Source of the DNA: Rhizobacter sp.
Lineage (GTDB): Bacteria; Pseudomonadota; Gammaproteobacteria; Burkholderiales; Burkholderiaceae_C
Reading direction: 5' to 3'
DNA length: 43,524 bases
Assembly (NCBI GenBank): GCA_031360005.1
Contig: JANMAW010000198.1
Coordinates: forward strand, 1-43,524
Part shown: positions 1 through 9,706 of the stretch, piece after piece
Layout: each line of letters starts with the position of its first letter
Position numbering within the stretch: the first letter of the stretch is position 1
Notes under the pieces: model-generated
What the model was told of the DNA's origin: nothing
The model's input: only the letters and a program-made list of their open reading frames with translations
Database searches by the model: none
Translations under genes and position numbers: made by a program

Positions 1-13
1 GTGGAGGAATTGA

Positions 14-625
14 ATGACTCGCATTGCACCCAAGATTGCATTCGCAGCGGCATTGGCCGTTTTCGGCACGGCAGCCCAAGCGGCAGATTTCGTCTTTGGC
101 ACCAAGGTTGCCGGTGACGGGGCGGGAACCGTCAACTTCGCCTCGTTGACGATTACGCAGAATGGCGCCAATGTCGACTTCTTTCTCAACGCCTACGGGC
201 TCGAAGCCTTCGGTCCTGGAGCCTTCCTCAACTCCATCCTCTTCACTGAGGCGTCCATTGCGCCGGGGTTCGGCGCCTGCTGCTCGCCCGTTGTCGGCGG
301 CACCGTGGTTTCCATAGCCGCAGGCGGCGGGCCTGGTTTCCCCGGCAGCGATACGGGGCTGTCTCGCTTTTCTCTCACGGACGGGGAGGCGAGGCTTACC
401 GACGGTGAAACGGTCAGTTGGACTTGGGAGAACCTCGTGTTCGCAGGAGTCCCCACTCTTGCCGCCAATGTCCAAGGCATTTCGCTCGAGGACTCGCAAA
501 CCGGATCGGGCGTCTATGTTCCCGCCGATTTCGCGGTGCCGGGCATTCCGGAGCCGGGAACTTATGCGCTGATGCTTGGCGGCTTGGGGGTGCTGGGCTT
601 CCTCGCCCGTCGTCGCCGCACTTGA
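14..625 (+). CDS. PEP-CTERM sorting domain-containing secreted protein
   Basis: N-terminal signal peptide (…FGTAAQA/AD). C-terminal IPEPGTYALMLGGLGVLGFLARRRRT = PEP motif + TM helix + basic tail. RBS GGAGGA at 3-8. Confidence 0.95.
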   Translation: MTRIAPKIAFAAALAVFGTAAQAADFVFGTKVAGDGAGTVNFASLTITQNGANVDFFLNAYGLEAFGPGAFLNSILFTEASIAPGFGACCSPVVGGTVVSIAAGGGPGFPGSDTGLSRFSLTDGEARLTDGETVSWTWENLVFAGVPTLAANVQGISLEDSQTGSGVYVPADFAVPGIPEPGTYALMLGGLGVLGFLARRRRT

Positions 626-646
626 GCGCCTGAACCCTTATCCACC

Positions 647-676
647 GAACCCCGCCACGGCGGGGTTCTTGCCTTT
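647..676 (+). terminator. Probable intrinsic terminator after the PEP-CTERM gene
   Basis: GAACCCCGC-CACG-GCGGGGTTC perfect 9-bp stem (647-668) followed by TTGCCTTT, starting 22 nt after the stop. Confidence 0.7.
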
Positions 677-694
677 GGAGGCAGGAGAATCGCC

Positions 695-1453
695 ATGCGC
701 TTGTTGATCACGCTCGTCACGGCGCTGGGCTTGACCCTCTCGTCAGCGACGTGGGCCCAGAATCTGCGCGACTTGGAACTGAGCTATCTGCGCGCGGCGG
801 TGCCCGTCGACCTCTTGCCCTACGCGACGATCGAGATTCCGGCGATTGAAAACATACGCCTGGGGTCGGATGCGCGAGGCAGCCGTCTGGAGCTTCGCAC
901 CTACTTCCAACAGCCGCTGAAGAACGGCGGCGTGCGCGCGGAACTCTCGGTCGACTACCCTTACCGCGAAGGCGATACCGTGCGCTACAGCTGGCGCATG
1001 ATGCTGCCGAGCAACTTCCCGTCAGACGCGCCGAGCAATCGATGGTGGTTGGTAGCGCAGTGGCACGATCAACCTGACCGCACGCGCGGCGAAACCTGGG
1101 CCGGCTATCCCGGGCACAGCCCGTCGGTTGGCCTTGGCTATGGGCAGATTGCCGGCCAGGATCAGTTGTCCTTGCAGTACGGCGCACCCAATCCGTCCGC
1201 CGCCGGGCTGATCCCGATCAGCCGCGGTGTCTGGCAATCGATCCGCGTCGAGATCACCTGGTCGCGCGGCCCAAGCGGGCGTGTCAAGGTCTTTCTCAAC
1301 GACGGCAGCGTGCCGGTGCGCGAGGCGAACGGCCCCAACATGTACAACAGTTTCCAGCACTACATGAAAGTCGGGATGTACAGACACCCGGATATTCCAG
1401 GCGATGCCTGGATATACATTGCAGACGTCGGCGTCCAGATCATTCCCCCCTGA
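695..1453 (+). CDS. Secreted polysaccharide lyase-like (heparin lyase I / Polysacc_lyase-like) protein
   Basis: Signal peptide (…SSATWA/Q). Motifs RAELS, YSWRMMLP, LVAQWHD, YMKVGMYR are typical of jelly-roll polysaccharide lyase-like proteins. RBS GGAG upstream. Confidence 0.7.
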   Translation: MRLLITLVTALGLTLSSATWAQNLRDLELSYLRAAVPVDLLPYATIEIPAIENIRLGSDARGSRLELRTYFQQPLKNGGVRAELSVDYPYREGDTVRYSWRMMLPSNFPSDAPSNRWWLVAQWHDQPDRTRGETWAGYPGHSPSVGLGYGQIAGQDQLSLQYGAPNPSAAGLIPISRGVWQSIRVEITWSRGPSGRVKVFLNDGSVPVREANGPNMYNSFQHYMKVGMYRHPDIPGDAWIYIADVGVQIIPP

Positions 1454-1476
1454 TTCTTCCTGACCGCACCAAGCCG

Positions 1477-2616
1477 ATGCTTTATTCGACGCCTGCGCCG
1501 GATTTGCCACGGGCCTCGACACCGCCGCGCTGGAACGGCTGGCTCCGGCGCTTCTCGTCGCTTCGAGAAGTGGCGTGCCCGTCGCCACAACTTGCCCCCG
1601 GTGTCGAGCCACTGAGGGTGCTGCAGCTGACCAACATGTACCCGAGCGATGAGCAGCCCAATCGCGGCGCGTTCGTTCGTTCGCAGGTCGTGTCGTTGGC
1701 GCGGCACGGCGTAGCGAGCGACGTCGAGGAAATCCAGGGCTACTTGTCGACACTGAACTATCTGCGCGCCCTGCCCGCGCTGCCGGCGCGCGCGCGTTCC
1801 GCGCCCTACGATCTCGTCCACATGCACTTCGGCTACACCGCTCTTGCGGCGATCGCGGTGACGGGTCGACCGAGCGTGCTGTCGTTCTGCGGCGATGACC
1901 TGCTGGGCCGCCCCGACGAGCGCGGCATCCGATCGCGCAGAAGCATGGTGCTGGTCGAACTCGGCAAGCGCGTCGCACGGCGTGCCGACGCGATCATCGT
2001 CAAGAGCGACGAGATGGCCGCAGCCCTTGGCCCGGGCTATGCAGATGTCGAGATCATTCCGAACGGACTCGACCTCGATTTCTTCAGGCCGATGCCGCGC
2101 GAACAGGCCCGCTCGGCGCTGGGCTGGCCACAGGACGCCGAGATCCTGTTCTTTCCGGCCGACTCGCGAGAGCCGCGCAAGAACTTTGCGCTCGCGCAGG
2201 CGGTGTCCGCCCGGCTGAAGGCAGCTGGCCGGCCCGTGCGCCTGGAGCAGATGTTCTGCCGCCCGCAGCGCGACATCGTGCTTGGGATGGCCGCAGCCGA
2301 CGTGCTGCTCAGCTGCAGTGTTCAGGAAGGATCGCCGAACGCGGTCAAGGAAGCAATGGCGATGAACCTGCCGATCGTCGCTTCCGACGTCGGCGACTGC
2401 GCGACCCGCCTCGCCCGATGCACACCAGGCGCCGTGGTACCGCTGGACGTCGATGCATTCACGGCCGCCACCGACGCGATCCTGCAAACCAATGGCGCGC
2501 GCTCCAACGGCCGCGAGCTGATTGGCGAACTCGGCGTCGATTCGGTCGCGCGTCGTGTGGTCGCCGTTTATCGTCGTGCGATCGTCCGCCGTGAAGCACG
2601 CGCCGGACGCCGATAG
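1477..2616 (+). CDS. Glycosyltransferase family 4
   Basis: LRVLQLTNMYP N-terminus, IIPNGLD, EGSPNAVKEAMAMNLPIVASDVGD (EX7E). True start may be further downstream. Confidence 0.9.
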   Translation: MLYSTPAPDLPRASTPPRWNGWLRRFSSLREVACPSPQLAPGVEPLRVLQLTNMYPSDEQPNRGAFVRSQVVSLARHGVASDVEEIQGYLSTLNYLRALPALPARARSAPYDLVHMHFGYTALAAIAVTGRPSVLSFCGDDLLGRPDERGIRSRRSMVLVELGKRVARRADAIIVKSDEMAAALGPGYADVEIIPNGLDLDFFRPMPREQARSALGWPQDAEILFFPADSREPRKNFALAQAVSARLKAAGRPVRLEQMFCRPQRDIVLGMAAADVLLSCSVQEGSPNAVKEAMAMNLPIVASDVGDCATRLARCTPGAVVPLDVDAFTAATDAILQTNGARSNGRELIGELGVDSVARRVVAVYRRAIVRREARAGRR

Positions 2617-2622
2617 CCCGCA

Positions 2623-4590
2623 ATGTGCGGCATCGCCGGCTGGTACAGGCGCGACGGCCAGCCCGTCGCGCAGAGCGTGATTCGCGCGCAGTGCGACACG
2701 ATCGTGCACCGCGGTCCCGATGACGAAGGACTGTTCGTCGACCGAGACTTCGGCTTCGGCATGCGGCGCCTGTCGGTGGTGGACCTTGCGGGCGGGCACC
2801 AGCCGATGTACACGGCCGATCGCAGGTACGCGATCGTCTTCAACGGCGAGGTCTACAACTTCAACGAACTGCGCGTCGAACTCGAAGCCCTCGGTCACCA
2901 GTTCCACACGCGCAGCGACACCGAGGTCGTACTCGAAGCCTTTGCTGCCTGGCGCGAGGCAGCGTGGTTGCGGCTTGAGGGCATGTTTGCCGTCGCGATC
3001 TGGGACAGCCAGGCGCGCACGCTGCACCTCGCACGCGACCCGCTGGGCATCAAGCCGCTGCACTGGACGCTGCAGCGCGGCGGCATCGCCTTCGGTTCCG
3101 AGCTGAAGACGCTGGGGCCGGTGCCCGGTCTCGACTTCACGCTCGACGCACGATCCGTGGAGCAGTACGTGACCCTGGGGGTGGTGCTCGCGCCGCGGTC
3201 GATCTATCGCAATGTGTTCAAGCTTCCGCCGGGCACCGCTCTCGTTGTGCCCCTCGACGGTGAACCGACCCTGCGGCGGTTCTGGGAACTGCGCCTGACA
3301 CCGCGTGACGATCTCGACGAAGCGCAGTGGGTCGAGGAGTGCCGCGCGCGCCTGCTGGCAAGTGTGAAGTGCCATCTGGTCGCCGACGTTCCGCTGGGTG
3401 CGTTCCTCTCAGGTGGTGTCGACAGCTCTGCCGTCGTGGCTGCGATGAGCCAACTCACGCGCGGGCCGGTGCGCGCCTACACCATCGGCTTCTCCGATCC
3501 GCGCTACGACGAGACCACGGTCGCCGCGAAGGTCGCGCAGCACCTCGGCTGCATGCACCGCGTCGAGCGGCTGGATCCCGACGCGGTCGCGCCGATGCTT
3601 GGTCAAATCGCCCGCGTCTACGATGAGCCCTTCGCCGACGACTCGGCGATTCCGACCTGGTTCGTCTCGCGGTTCGCGAGAGAAGATGTCACCGTCGCGC
3701 TGTCTGGCGACGGCGGCGACGAGTTGTTCGCCGGCTATCGCCGCCACCATGCCGAGCTGCAATTGGCGCGCCTCAAGCGGCTGCCAGGTGCCCAGCTGGC
3801 GCTGAGCGCGCTGGCCCACCTGCCCCGGCCACCAGGGCGCGGTGCGCGGCGCGCTTGGGCCCGGTTGCGCAAGCTCGCGCACGACAGCGCGTTGCGCAGC
3901 TCCGCGGAGCGCAATCTCGCCAAGCAATACCGCGCGCCCGAGGCGGTGTTGCAGGCGTTGTGGGGAAGCGAACTGCGCGCAGCCGATCTTGCCGGCTATC
4001 GACGCTGGTCGGCTGAGCTCTTCGGCGACGCGCTGCCGCCGGACCCGCTCCAAGCCATGCTCTACGCCGACACCACCGTCTGGCTGCCCGACAACATGCT
4101 GACCAAGGTCGATCGCGCCAGCATGGCGCATTCGTTGGAAGTGAGAGTGCCACTGCTGTCGCATCGCTTCGTCGACTGGGCCTCGACGGTGCCGACAGCG
4201 CTGAAGCTGCGCGACGGTGTCGGCAAGTACCTGCTGCGCCGCGCGATCGAAGGCTGGTTGCCTGCGGGTGTGCTCGACCGACCCAAACAGGGCTTTGCCG
4301 TTCCCATCGGTGCCTGGCTGCTCGGCGATTTCGGCGATCACGCGTTGGCGATCTGGCGCGACTCGAACGTCGAGGCTTCCGGCTTGTTCAGCCGCGATGC
4401 GCTTGCCAGGCTCCTCGACGAACATCGCCGCCGTGAGGCTGACCACGCCAGCATCATCTATACCTTGCTGATGTTCGCGTATTGGTGGCCGACACGACTG
4501 CGCACGCCTGCGGCCGAGCTGAAGCAGGCGCCGCCCCGAGCTGTACAAGCCCCTCGGGGGCAGGAACGCAGCGTCAGGGGGCTCAGTTAA
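2623..4590 (+). CDS. asnB: Asparagine synthase (glutamine-hydrolysing)-family amidotransferase, copy 1
   Basis: MCGIAG Ntn cysteine, HRGPD, FNGEVYN, FLSGGVDSS, SGDGGDE, KVDRASMAHSLEVRVP. Confidence 0.95.
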   Translation: MCGIAGWYRRDGQPVAQSVIRAQCDTIVHRGPDDEGLFVDRDFGFGMRRLSVVDLAGGHQPMYTADRRYAIVFNGEVYNFNELRVELEALGHQFHTRSDTEVVLEAFAAWREAAWLRLEGMFAVAIWDSQARTLHLARDPLGIKPLHWTLQRGGIAFGSELKTLGPVPGLDFTLDARSVEQYVTLGVVLAPRSIYRNVFKLPPGTALVVPLDGEPTLRRFWELRLTPRDDLDEAQWVEECRARLLASVKCHLVADVPLGAFLSGGVDSSAVVAAMSQLTRGPVRAYTIGFSDPRYDETTVAAKVAQHLGCMHRVERLDPDAVAPMLGQIARVYDEPFADDSAIPTWFVSRFAREDVTVALSGDGGDELFAGYRRHHAELQLARLKRLPGAQLALSALAHLPRPPGRGARRAWARLRKLAHDSALRSSAERNLAKQYRAPEAVLQALWGSELRAADLAGYRRWSAELFGDALPPDPLQAMLYADTTVWLPDNMLTKVDRASMAHSLEVRVPLLSHRFVDWASTVPTALKLRDGVGKYLLRRAIEGWLPAGVLDRPKQGFAVPIGAWLLGDFGDHALAIWRDSNVEASGLFSRDALARLLDEHRRREADHASIIYTLLMFAYWWPTRLRTPAAELKQAPPRAVQAPRGQERSVRGLS

Positions 4591-5479
4591 GTCGCAGGAT
4601 ATTCACATCGCGCACGTACACCCAACTGTCGCCGGCGATGTTGGGTTCACGGTAGCTGCCGAGCTTCAGGTAGTGCTGGTAGTCGTTGTACATGTTCGGC
4701 CCCCGCGCCTCGTGGACCGGTTTGGCGGCGCCATCGAGGTAGATCGCGACGCGGCCATCGGCACCGGGCGACCAGGTAATCACGGCGGCCACGTCGTGCC
4801 AAACGCCACGGTTGAACGGTATCAGCGCGACCGTCGCAGGATTCGGCGCGCCGTAGCTGAGCGCCAGGTAGTCCTGGCCATTGATCTGGCCATAGCCCAA
4901 TCCGATCGACGGTGCGCGCGCCGGGTAGCCCACCCAGGTCTCGCCGAGGTTCGGGTTCGGTTGATCATGCCAATCGCCGAACATCCACCAGCGATTGCCT
5001 GGCGCATCGGACGTGAAGGCGGCAGTGATGCCGAATCGCCAGGAGTATCGAATCGTCTGACCGGCGACGAAGGGGTAGTCGACCGAGACTTCGGCGCGAA
5101 CACCGTTGTTGACCAGCGCTTGTCCGTAGAAGGTGCGCAAGCCGAGGAACGATCCGGCGCCATCGGAAAATCCTTGCAGGCTGCCGGCGTTGACCACCTC
5201 CAGGTGGGCGTAGGGCATCAGCTCGGACGGCACTACCGAGCGGAGGTAGGCGACCTCGAGCGTTCGGGGGTCGCTTGACGAAGCACTGCCGAGGATCACG
5301 GGGCGCGGGTCGCTCGAGGTCAGCACGATCGGCGGCAAGTCGGAGGCTGGGGTCGCCGTGGTGTCAGCTGGTACGGAGTCGGGCGTTACCGCGGCGTCGC
5401 CCCCGCCGCAACCACAGATCAGGGTGCAAAGTGACAGGGCAAGGGCAAGAGATACGAAGCGACTGTCGGGGTGGGTCAT
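4583..5479 (-). CDS. Lipoprotein polysaccharide lyase-like protein, paralogue of 695..1453
   Basis: Lipobox-like LICG-C followed by a low-complexity linker. Shares NGVRAE(V/L)SVDYP, SDAP.NRWW, WHDQP, GLGYGQI.GQD, GPNMYN..QHY.K with 695..1453. Confidence 0.7.
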   Translation of the reverse strand: MTHPDSRFVSLALALSLCTLICGCGGGDAAVTPDSVPADTTATPASDLPPIVLTSSDPRPVILGSASSSDPRTLEVAYLRSVVPSELMPYAHLEVVNAGSLQGFSDGAGSFLGLRTFYGQALVNNGVRAEVSVDYPFVAGQTIRYSWRFGITAAFTSDAPGNRWWMFGDWHDQPNPNLGETWVGYPARAPSIGLGYGQINGQDYLALSYGAPNPATVALIPFNRGVWHDVAAVITWSPGADGRVAIYLDGAAKPVHEARGPNMYNDYQHYLKLGSYREPNIAGDSWVYVRDVNILRLN

Positions 5480-5829
5480 GGATAGGTTTGGAGCGCGGTG
5501 ATGGGGGCAATACCGCCGAGGTGTGCGCGCGTCGGTGCTCAGGGTCGACGCGACGCGCGGATGGGCGCGTGCGGTACGTCAATTTCGGCTGGCCAGCGCG
5601 GCTCTGTATCCAGCCTTGTGTAAGTGCAAGGCCGTGGCTGTAAGCGAAACTTGCCATGGTGGCGGCGCTGCGAAAGCAATGCGGATCCCGTCACGCCGCT
5701 TGGCGCTTGGTGCGACACGAGGCATGACTCGCGAAGAGCGGGCTCCGATCCCTAGTTCCGGCGCCTGAGAATCCAAGCGATCACTTAAACTCGATCGCCT
5801 GCCGCACTCCCGCACTCCCGACACCGACC

Positions 5830-6684
5830 ATGGCGCTGGAATCCATCTCGCTTGCAGCCGCATGGGGCAAGAAACCATGCATCCTCCCCGCCGGGTGGCT
5901 GGATCTGACGCCGGTACAAACCGACCTCGCTTCCATCGAAGCGCTGCTGCGCCGATTGCCCGAAGAAAGGCTGCGCGTTCGCATCACCGGAGACGGCCCC
6001 GACAGTGGCTCGCCGCGCCGCGTCATGATGCGCGAGCTGCCCGATGTGCGCGAGCAACTGCTCGGCGGGCACTCGCTTCATCTCCAGGCGACTGACCTGC
6101 ACCGGTTCGACAGCGGCTTTGCCGAGGTTGCTCAACGCTTCCGCCGCAAGCTGGAATGCGACATCGAGGAGTTGCGCGCACCATCGACGCAGATGACGAT
6201 CGGCCTGTTCCTCTCCAGTGGCGGAGCGGTTGCCCCCTTTCACGCCGATCAGGAACACAACTTCCTGTCGCAAGTGGTCGGCGACAAGAAGATGCACATG
6301 TTCCCGCCGGGCGACCTCGACATCTTTCCGTGCACGTCGCGCGAACGCCTCGCTGCCGAGGACCTGCATGTGCTCGACACCTACCAGCCGGAGATCGAGT
6401 CCCGTGCGGAGGTGGCGCAGCTGTTCCCCGGAACGACGCTGTACCACCCACCGATGGGGCCACACTGGGTCGACACCGGGCGCGAGTCCTACTCGCTGTC
6501 GATCACGCTGAGTTTCGTGACACCCAGCGTCGATCGAACGCTGCTGCTGCACAAGCTGAACCGGCAGTTGCGCCGCGTTGGCGTGCGGCCCGCGCCGGTC
6601 GGCCTCAAGCCAGGAGTAGACAATGCCAAGTTCGCGTTGGCGCGAGTGATGCGCGGTCTGGCCCGCATGCAGCGCGGCGCATGA
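5830..6684 (+). CDS. JmjC/cupin-like Fe(II)/2-oxoglutarate oxygenase
   Basis: APFHADQEHNF (HxD), GDKKMHMF, PGTTLYHP..GPHWV (distal His). Stop overlaps the next ATG (ATGA). Confidence 0.75.
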   Translation: MALESISLAAAWGKKPCILPAGWLDLTPVQTDLASIEALLRRLPEERLRVRITGDGPDSGSPRRVMMRELPDVREQLLGGHSLHLQATDLHRFDSGFAEVAQRFRRKLECDIEELRAPSTQMTIGLFLSSGGAVAPFHADQEHNFLSQVVGDKKMHMFPPGDLDIFPCTSRERLAAEDLHVLDTYQPEIESRAEVAQLFPGTTLYHPPMGPHWVDTGRESYSLSITLSFVTPSVDRTLLLHKLNRQLRRVGVRPAPVGLKPGVDNAKFALARVMRGLARMQRGA

Positions 6685-7688
6685 AGGTTCTCGTCACCGG
6701 TGCGGCCGGGTTCATCGGCATGCACGTCTGCGCCGCCCTGCTCGCCCGCGGCGACGAGGTGATCGGCATCGACAGCCTCAACGCCTACTATGAACCACAG
6801 CTCAAGCTGGATCGATTGGCGCAGCTGACCGCGCATCACGGCTTCCGCTTCGACCGGATAGACATCGCCGAACGAGACGCCGCCGAGCGATCCTTCGCGG
6901 CCGGCGGCTTCGAATGCGTCGTCCACCTCGCCGCACAAGCCGGCGTTCGCCACTCGCTGACACATCCGCACGACTACGTGCAATCCAACCTGACCGGTTT
7001 CCTGCATGTGCTGGAAGGCTGCCGCCAACACCGCATTGCCCACCTCGTCTATGCGAGCAGCTCGAGCGTCTACGGTGGTCAACAGGTCACCCCGTTCAGC
7101 GAAGCCCACCGTGTCGACCACCCGATAAGCCTGTACGCCGCGACCAAGAAAGCAAACGAGTTGATGGCTCACAGTTACAGCCACCTGTACGGCCTGCCGA
7201 CAACGGGGTTGCGCTTTTTCACGGTCTACGGACCTTGGGGCCGGCCCGACATGGCCTACTTCCTGTTCACTCGCTCGATCCTCGAAGGCTCACCGATCGA
7301 CGTGTTCAACCACGGTGATTTGCAGCGTGACTTCACATACGTTGACGACGTCGTGACCGGCGTTCTTGCGGTGCTCGACAAGCCGGCGACTTCCGACCCG
7401 GGTTTCGACGGCCGTGACCCGCACCCCGCCACTTCGCATGCGCCCTACCGTTTGTTCAACATCGGCAACCAGCATCCGGTGCCGCTGATGGACTTCATCG
7501 CCGAGATCGAGCGTGCGCTCGATCGCCGGGCAGTGATCCGATTCCTGCCGATGCAGCCGGGCGATCCGGCAACCACTCACGCCGACGTCGACGCGCTGAC
7601 CCGCTGGATCGGCTTTCGCCCGGCCACGCCGCTCGGCGAAGGCATCGATCGATTCGTTGCCTGGTACCGCGAACGCTATCGCGTCTGA
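6681..7688 (+). CDS. NAD-dependent epimerase, UDP-glucuronate 4-epimerase type
   Basis: Start reassigned to ATG 6681 (ATGA overlap). MKVLVTGAAGFIG, HLAAQAGVR, YASSSSVYG, SLYAATKKANELMAHSYSHLY, GPWGRPDMA. Confidence 0.92.
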   Translation: MKVLVTGAAGFIGMHVCAALLARGDEVIGIDSLNAYYEPQLKLDRLAQLTAHHGFRFDRIDIAERDAAERSFAAGGFECVVHLAAQAGVRHSLTHPHDYVQSNLTGFLHVLEGCRQHRIAHLVYASSSSVYGGQQVTPFSEAHRVDHPISLYAATKKANELMAHSYSHLYGLPTTGLRFFTVYGPWGRPDMAYFLFTRSILEGSPIDVFNHGDLQRDFTYVDDVVTGVLAVLDKPATSDPGFDGRDPHPATSHAPYRLFNIGNQHPVPLMDFIAEIERALDRRAVIRFLPMQPGDPATTHADVDALTRWIGFRPATPLGEGIDRFVAWYRERYRV

Positions 7689-8785
7689 GTCCGTCGATGC
7701 TCGAGTGCGTCGTACACGGCTCGGTACTGATCGACGACGCGTTCCATCCGGAATTCTCGTTCGACCATTGCGCGCCCAGCCTCGCCCATGCGCTGGCGCA
7801 AGCCGTCGTCGGCCAGCAAGCGAAGCAAGCAGTCGGCGAAGGCCTCGAAATCACGCTGCGGCACCAGGCAACCGGTGAGGCCTTCCTTGACGAGATCGGA
7901 GTTGCCGCCGCCGTCGCTGGCCACGACCGGTTTGCCGAGCATCATGTACTCGATGATGCTGTTGGAAATGCCCTCTGTGAAAGTGGCCAGCGCGCCGATG
8001 TCGAACGCGGTCACGACCTGCTCGATCGGCGCCGCCACGCGGCCGAGAATCCGGATCTGCGACGCCCGCGACGGCTTGATCAGCGAGCCGCACGCTTCCA
8101 TCGTCGGACCACCGCCGACCATCACGAAGACCACGTCGCTGCGCCGGTCCAGCACCCGTTCGGCGGCGCGAATGAAGGTCGGGTGGTCCTTGAAGTCGGA
8201 GAAGGTCGCCACCATCCCGACAATGAACCGTGACGTGATGCCATATTCGCGGCGCAGCCACTGCCGGTCGTGGGCGGTCTGAATACGCGCCATGTCATAG
8301 CCGCTCGGGATCACGTGTGTCTTGGCCGGCGGCGGAGCATAGGCCGCCACGCCCGCGTTCGAATTGCCGACGACCGCATCGGCGAACGCAAAGGCCAGCC
8401 TGGAGCGCCGCGCCAGCCGGTTCGACAACCGCGCCGGTGCGTCCTGGATGAAGTTGACGAGCAACGGAATTCGCAAGAACTGCGCTGCCGGCAGTGCATA
8501 GATCGCAGTCATCACATGCCACGCCGTGATGACGTCGGGCCGCCATCGCCGACACAGCGTCAGGAAGCGCCAGAAGATCAAGGGATCGCGGCGCGTGCGT
8601 CGCACCAGGTATTCAATGTGCACCTGCGGCAACGACTCGATCTCTTTGAAAAAGAGCTCGCGGCTCATCGTGACGACGACGCAGCGCGTATCGCCTCGCG
8701 CTGCCAATCCCTTCACCAGCTCGACGCACTGGCGTTCCTTGCCGCCGGCTTGCAGGTTGTCAATGAATTGGACAACGGTGCGCAT
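7676..8785 (-). CDS. Glycosyltransferase family 4
   Basis: GGKERQ N-terminal motif, KDHPTFIRAA, EGISNSIIEYMMLGKPVVASDGGG. Confidence 0.92.
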   Translation of the reverse strand: MRTVVQFIDNLQAGGKERQCVELVKGLAARGDTRCVVVTMSRELFFKEIESLPQVHIEYLVRRTRRDPLIFWRFLTLCRRWRPDVITAWHVMTAIYALPAAQFLRIPLLVNFIQDAPARLSNRLARRSRLAFAFADAVVGNSNAGVAAYAPPPAKTHVIPSGYDMARIQTAHDRQWLRREYGITSRFIVGMVATFSDFKDHPTFIRAAERVLDRRSDVVFVMVGGGPTMEACGSLIKPSRASQIRILGRVAAPIEQVVTAFDIGALATFTEGISNSIIEYMMLGKPVVASDGGGNSDLVKEGLTGCLVPQRDFEAFADCLLRLLADDGLRQRMGEAGRAMVEREFRMERVVDQYRAVYDALEHRRTQTR

Positions 8786-8788
8786 GCC

Positions 8789-9706
8789 TCAGCCGGCCAG
8801 GGTCGCCGCGAGGCTTTCGGCCAGCGTCACCCGCGGCGACCAGCCGCACGCCGCGTTGATCTTGGCGGAGCTGCCAAACACGTCTGGTACATCGCCGGGG
8901 CGCAAGCGCGCCGGCTCGGTCTCGATGCGGACCGCGCAACCCGACAGCGCGATCATCTGCTCCAGCACGTCGCCGATGCCCACGGATCGGCCCGAACAGA
9001 TGTTGTAGACCTCGCCGGTCACGCTGCTTGTCGCCAGCGCAATCAGCGCAGAAACGATGTCGCCGATGTCGACGAAGTCGCGGCGCGTGCCGAGGTTGCC
9101 GACGCGCAGCACCGGTTCGCGACGTCCGCCGGCGATGTCGCGCAACTGGTCAGCGAAGCCGCCGATCGAGGTCTTCACCGGCGTGCCGCGGCCGACAATA
9201 TTGAAGACGCGCCCCACGACCACATGCAAGCCGCGAAATGCATATGACCGCGCGGCGAGGCTCTGCCATGCCTTGGAGACGCCGTACGGCGACACCGGAT
9301 TCAGCGCATGCTCTTCGCGCACCGGCAAGCGGGCCGCGTCGACCATCCCGCACTCGGCTGCGGAGCCCGCGACGACGACACGCGACTGCGGCGAGTGGAC
9401 CGCCAATGCATCGAGCAGCCCGAGCGTTGCCTGCACGTTGTCGCGATACAGGGTCGCCCAGTCGCCTGCGGTGGTGCGACCCGCCGCGTGGAACACGATG
9501 TCGGGTCGAACCCGTGCAATCGCCGCGCCGAGTTGCGGCGCATCGTTAAGGTCGAGTGGCAGGGCCTCGGACAAGAGTTCGTCGACGCAGGCGCGGCGCC
9601 CGACACCGAACACGCGTGCATGCGGCCAGGCGGACTTCAGGTACCGGGTCACTGCCCCCGCCAGGAAGCCGCCGCATCCGGTGACGAGCACGCATCGCTC
9701 AGCCAT
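8789..9706 (-). CDS. Extended SDR, Rmd-like NDP-4-keto-6-deoxy-sugar reductase
   Basis: LVTGCGGFLA, PDIVFHAAG, SPYGVSK (YxxxK), VGNLGTRRDFVDI, RLRPGDVP. Confidence 0.75.
   Translation of the reverse strand: MAERCVLVTGCGGFLAGAVTRYLKSAWPHARVFGVGRRACVDELLSEALPLDLNDAPQLGAAIARVRPDIVFHAAGRTTAGDWATLYRDNVQATLGLLDALAVHSPQSRVVVAGSAAECGMVDAARLPVREEHALNPVSPYGVSKAWQSLAARSYAFRGLHVVVGRVFNIVGRGTPVKTSIGGFADQLRDIAGGRREPVLRVGNLGTRRDFVDIGDIVSALIALATSSVTGEVYNICSGRSVGIGDVLEQMIALSGCAVRIETEPARLRPGDVPDVFGSSAKINAACGWSPRVTLAESLAATLAG

Noticed and set aside
4534-4559. CCCCGAG…CTCGGGG inverted repeat near the convergent asnB/lyase ends as a terminator
   Set aside because: Long loop, no U-tract, and it lies inside the asnB reading frame.
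5777-5818. Short inverted repeat GCGATC-N10-GATCGC and tandem CGCACTCC x2 upstream of the JmjC gene
   Set aside because: Too short to distinguish from chance in GC-rich DNA.
5480-5829. Sigma-54 promoter (expected for PEP-CTERM loci) in the divergent gap
   Set aside because: Best candidates on the minus strand (TGGCAAGTTTCGC and AGCCACGGCCTTGC) have wrong GG-N10-GC spacing or lack the GG.
6156-6680. Apparent N-terminal extensions or fusions in ORFs 6156..7688, 14473..15990, 21857..23161, 22639..25065, 23625..26057 and 27189..28586
   Set aside because: The extensions overlap upstream genes in another frame; the true starts sit at ATGA/GTGA overlaps.
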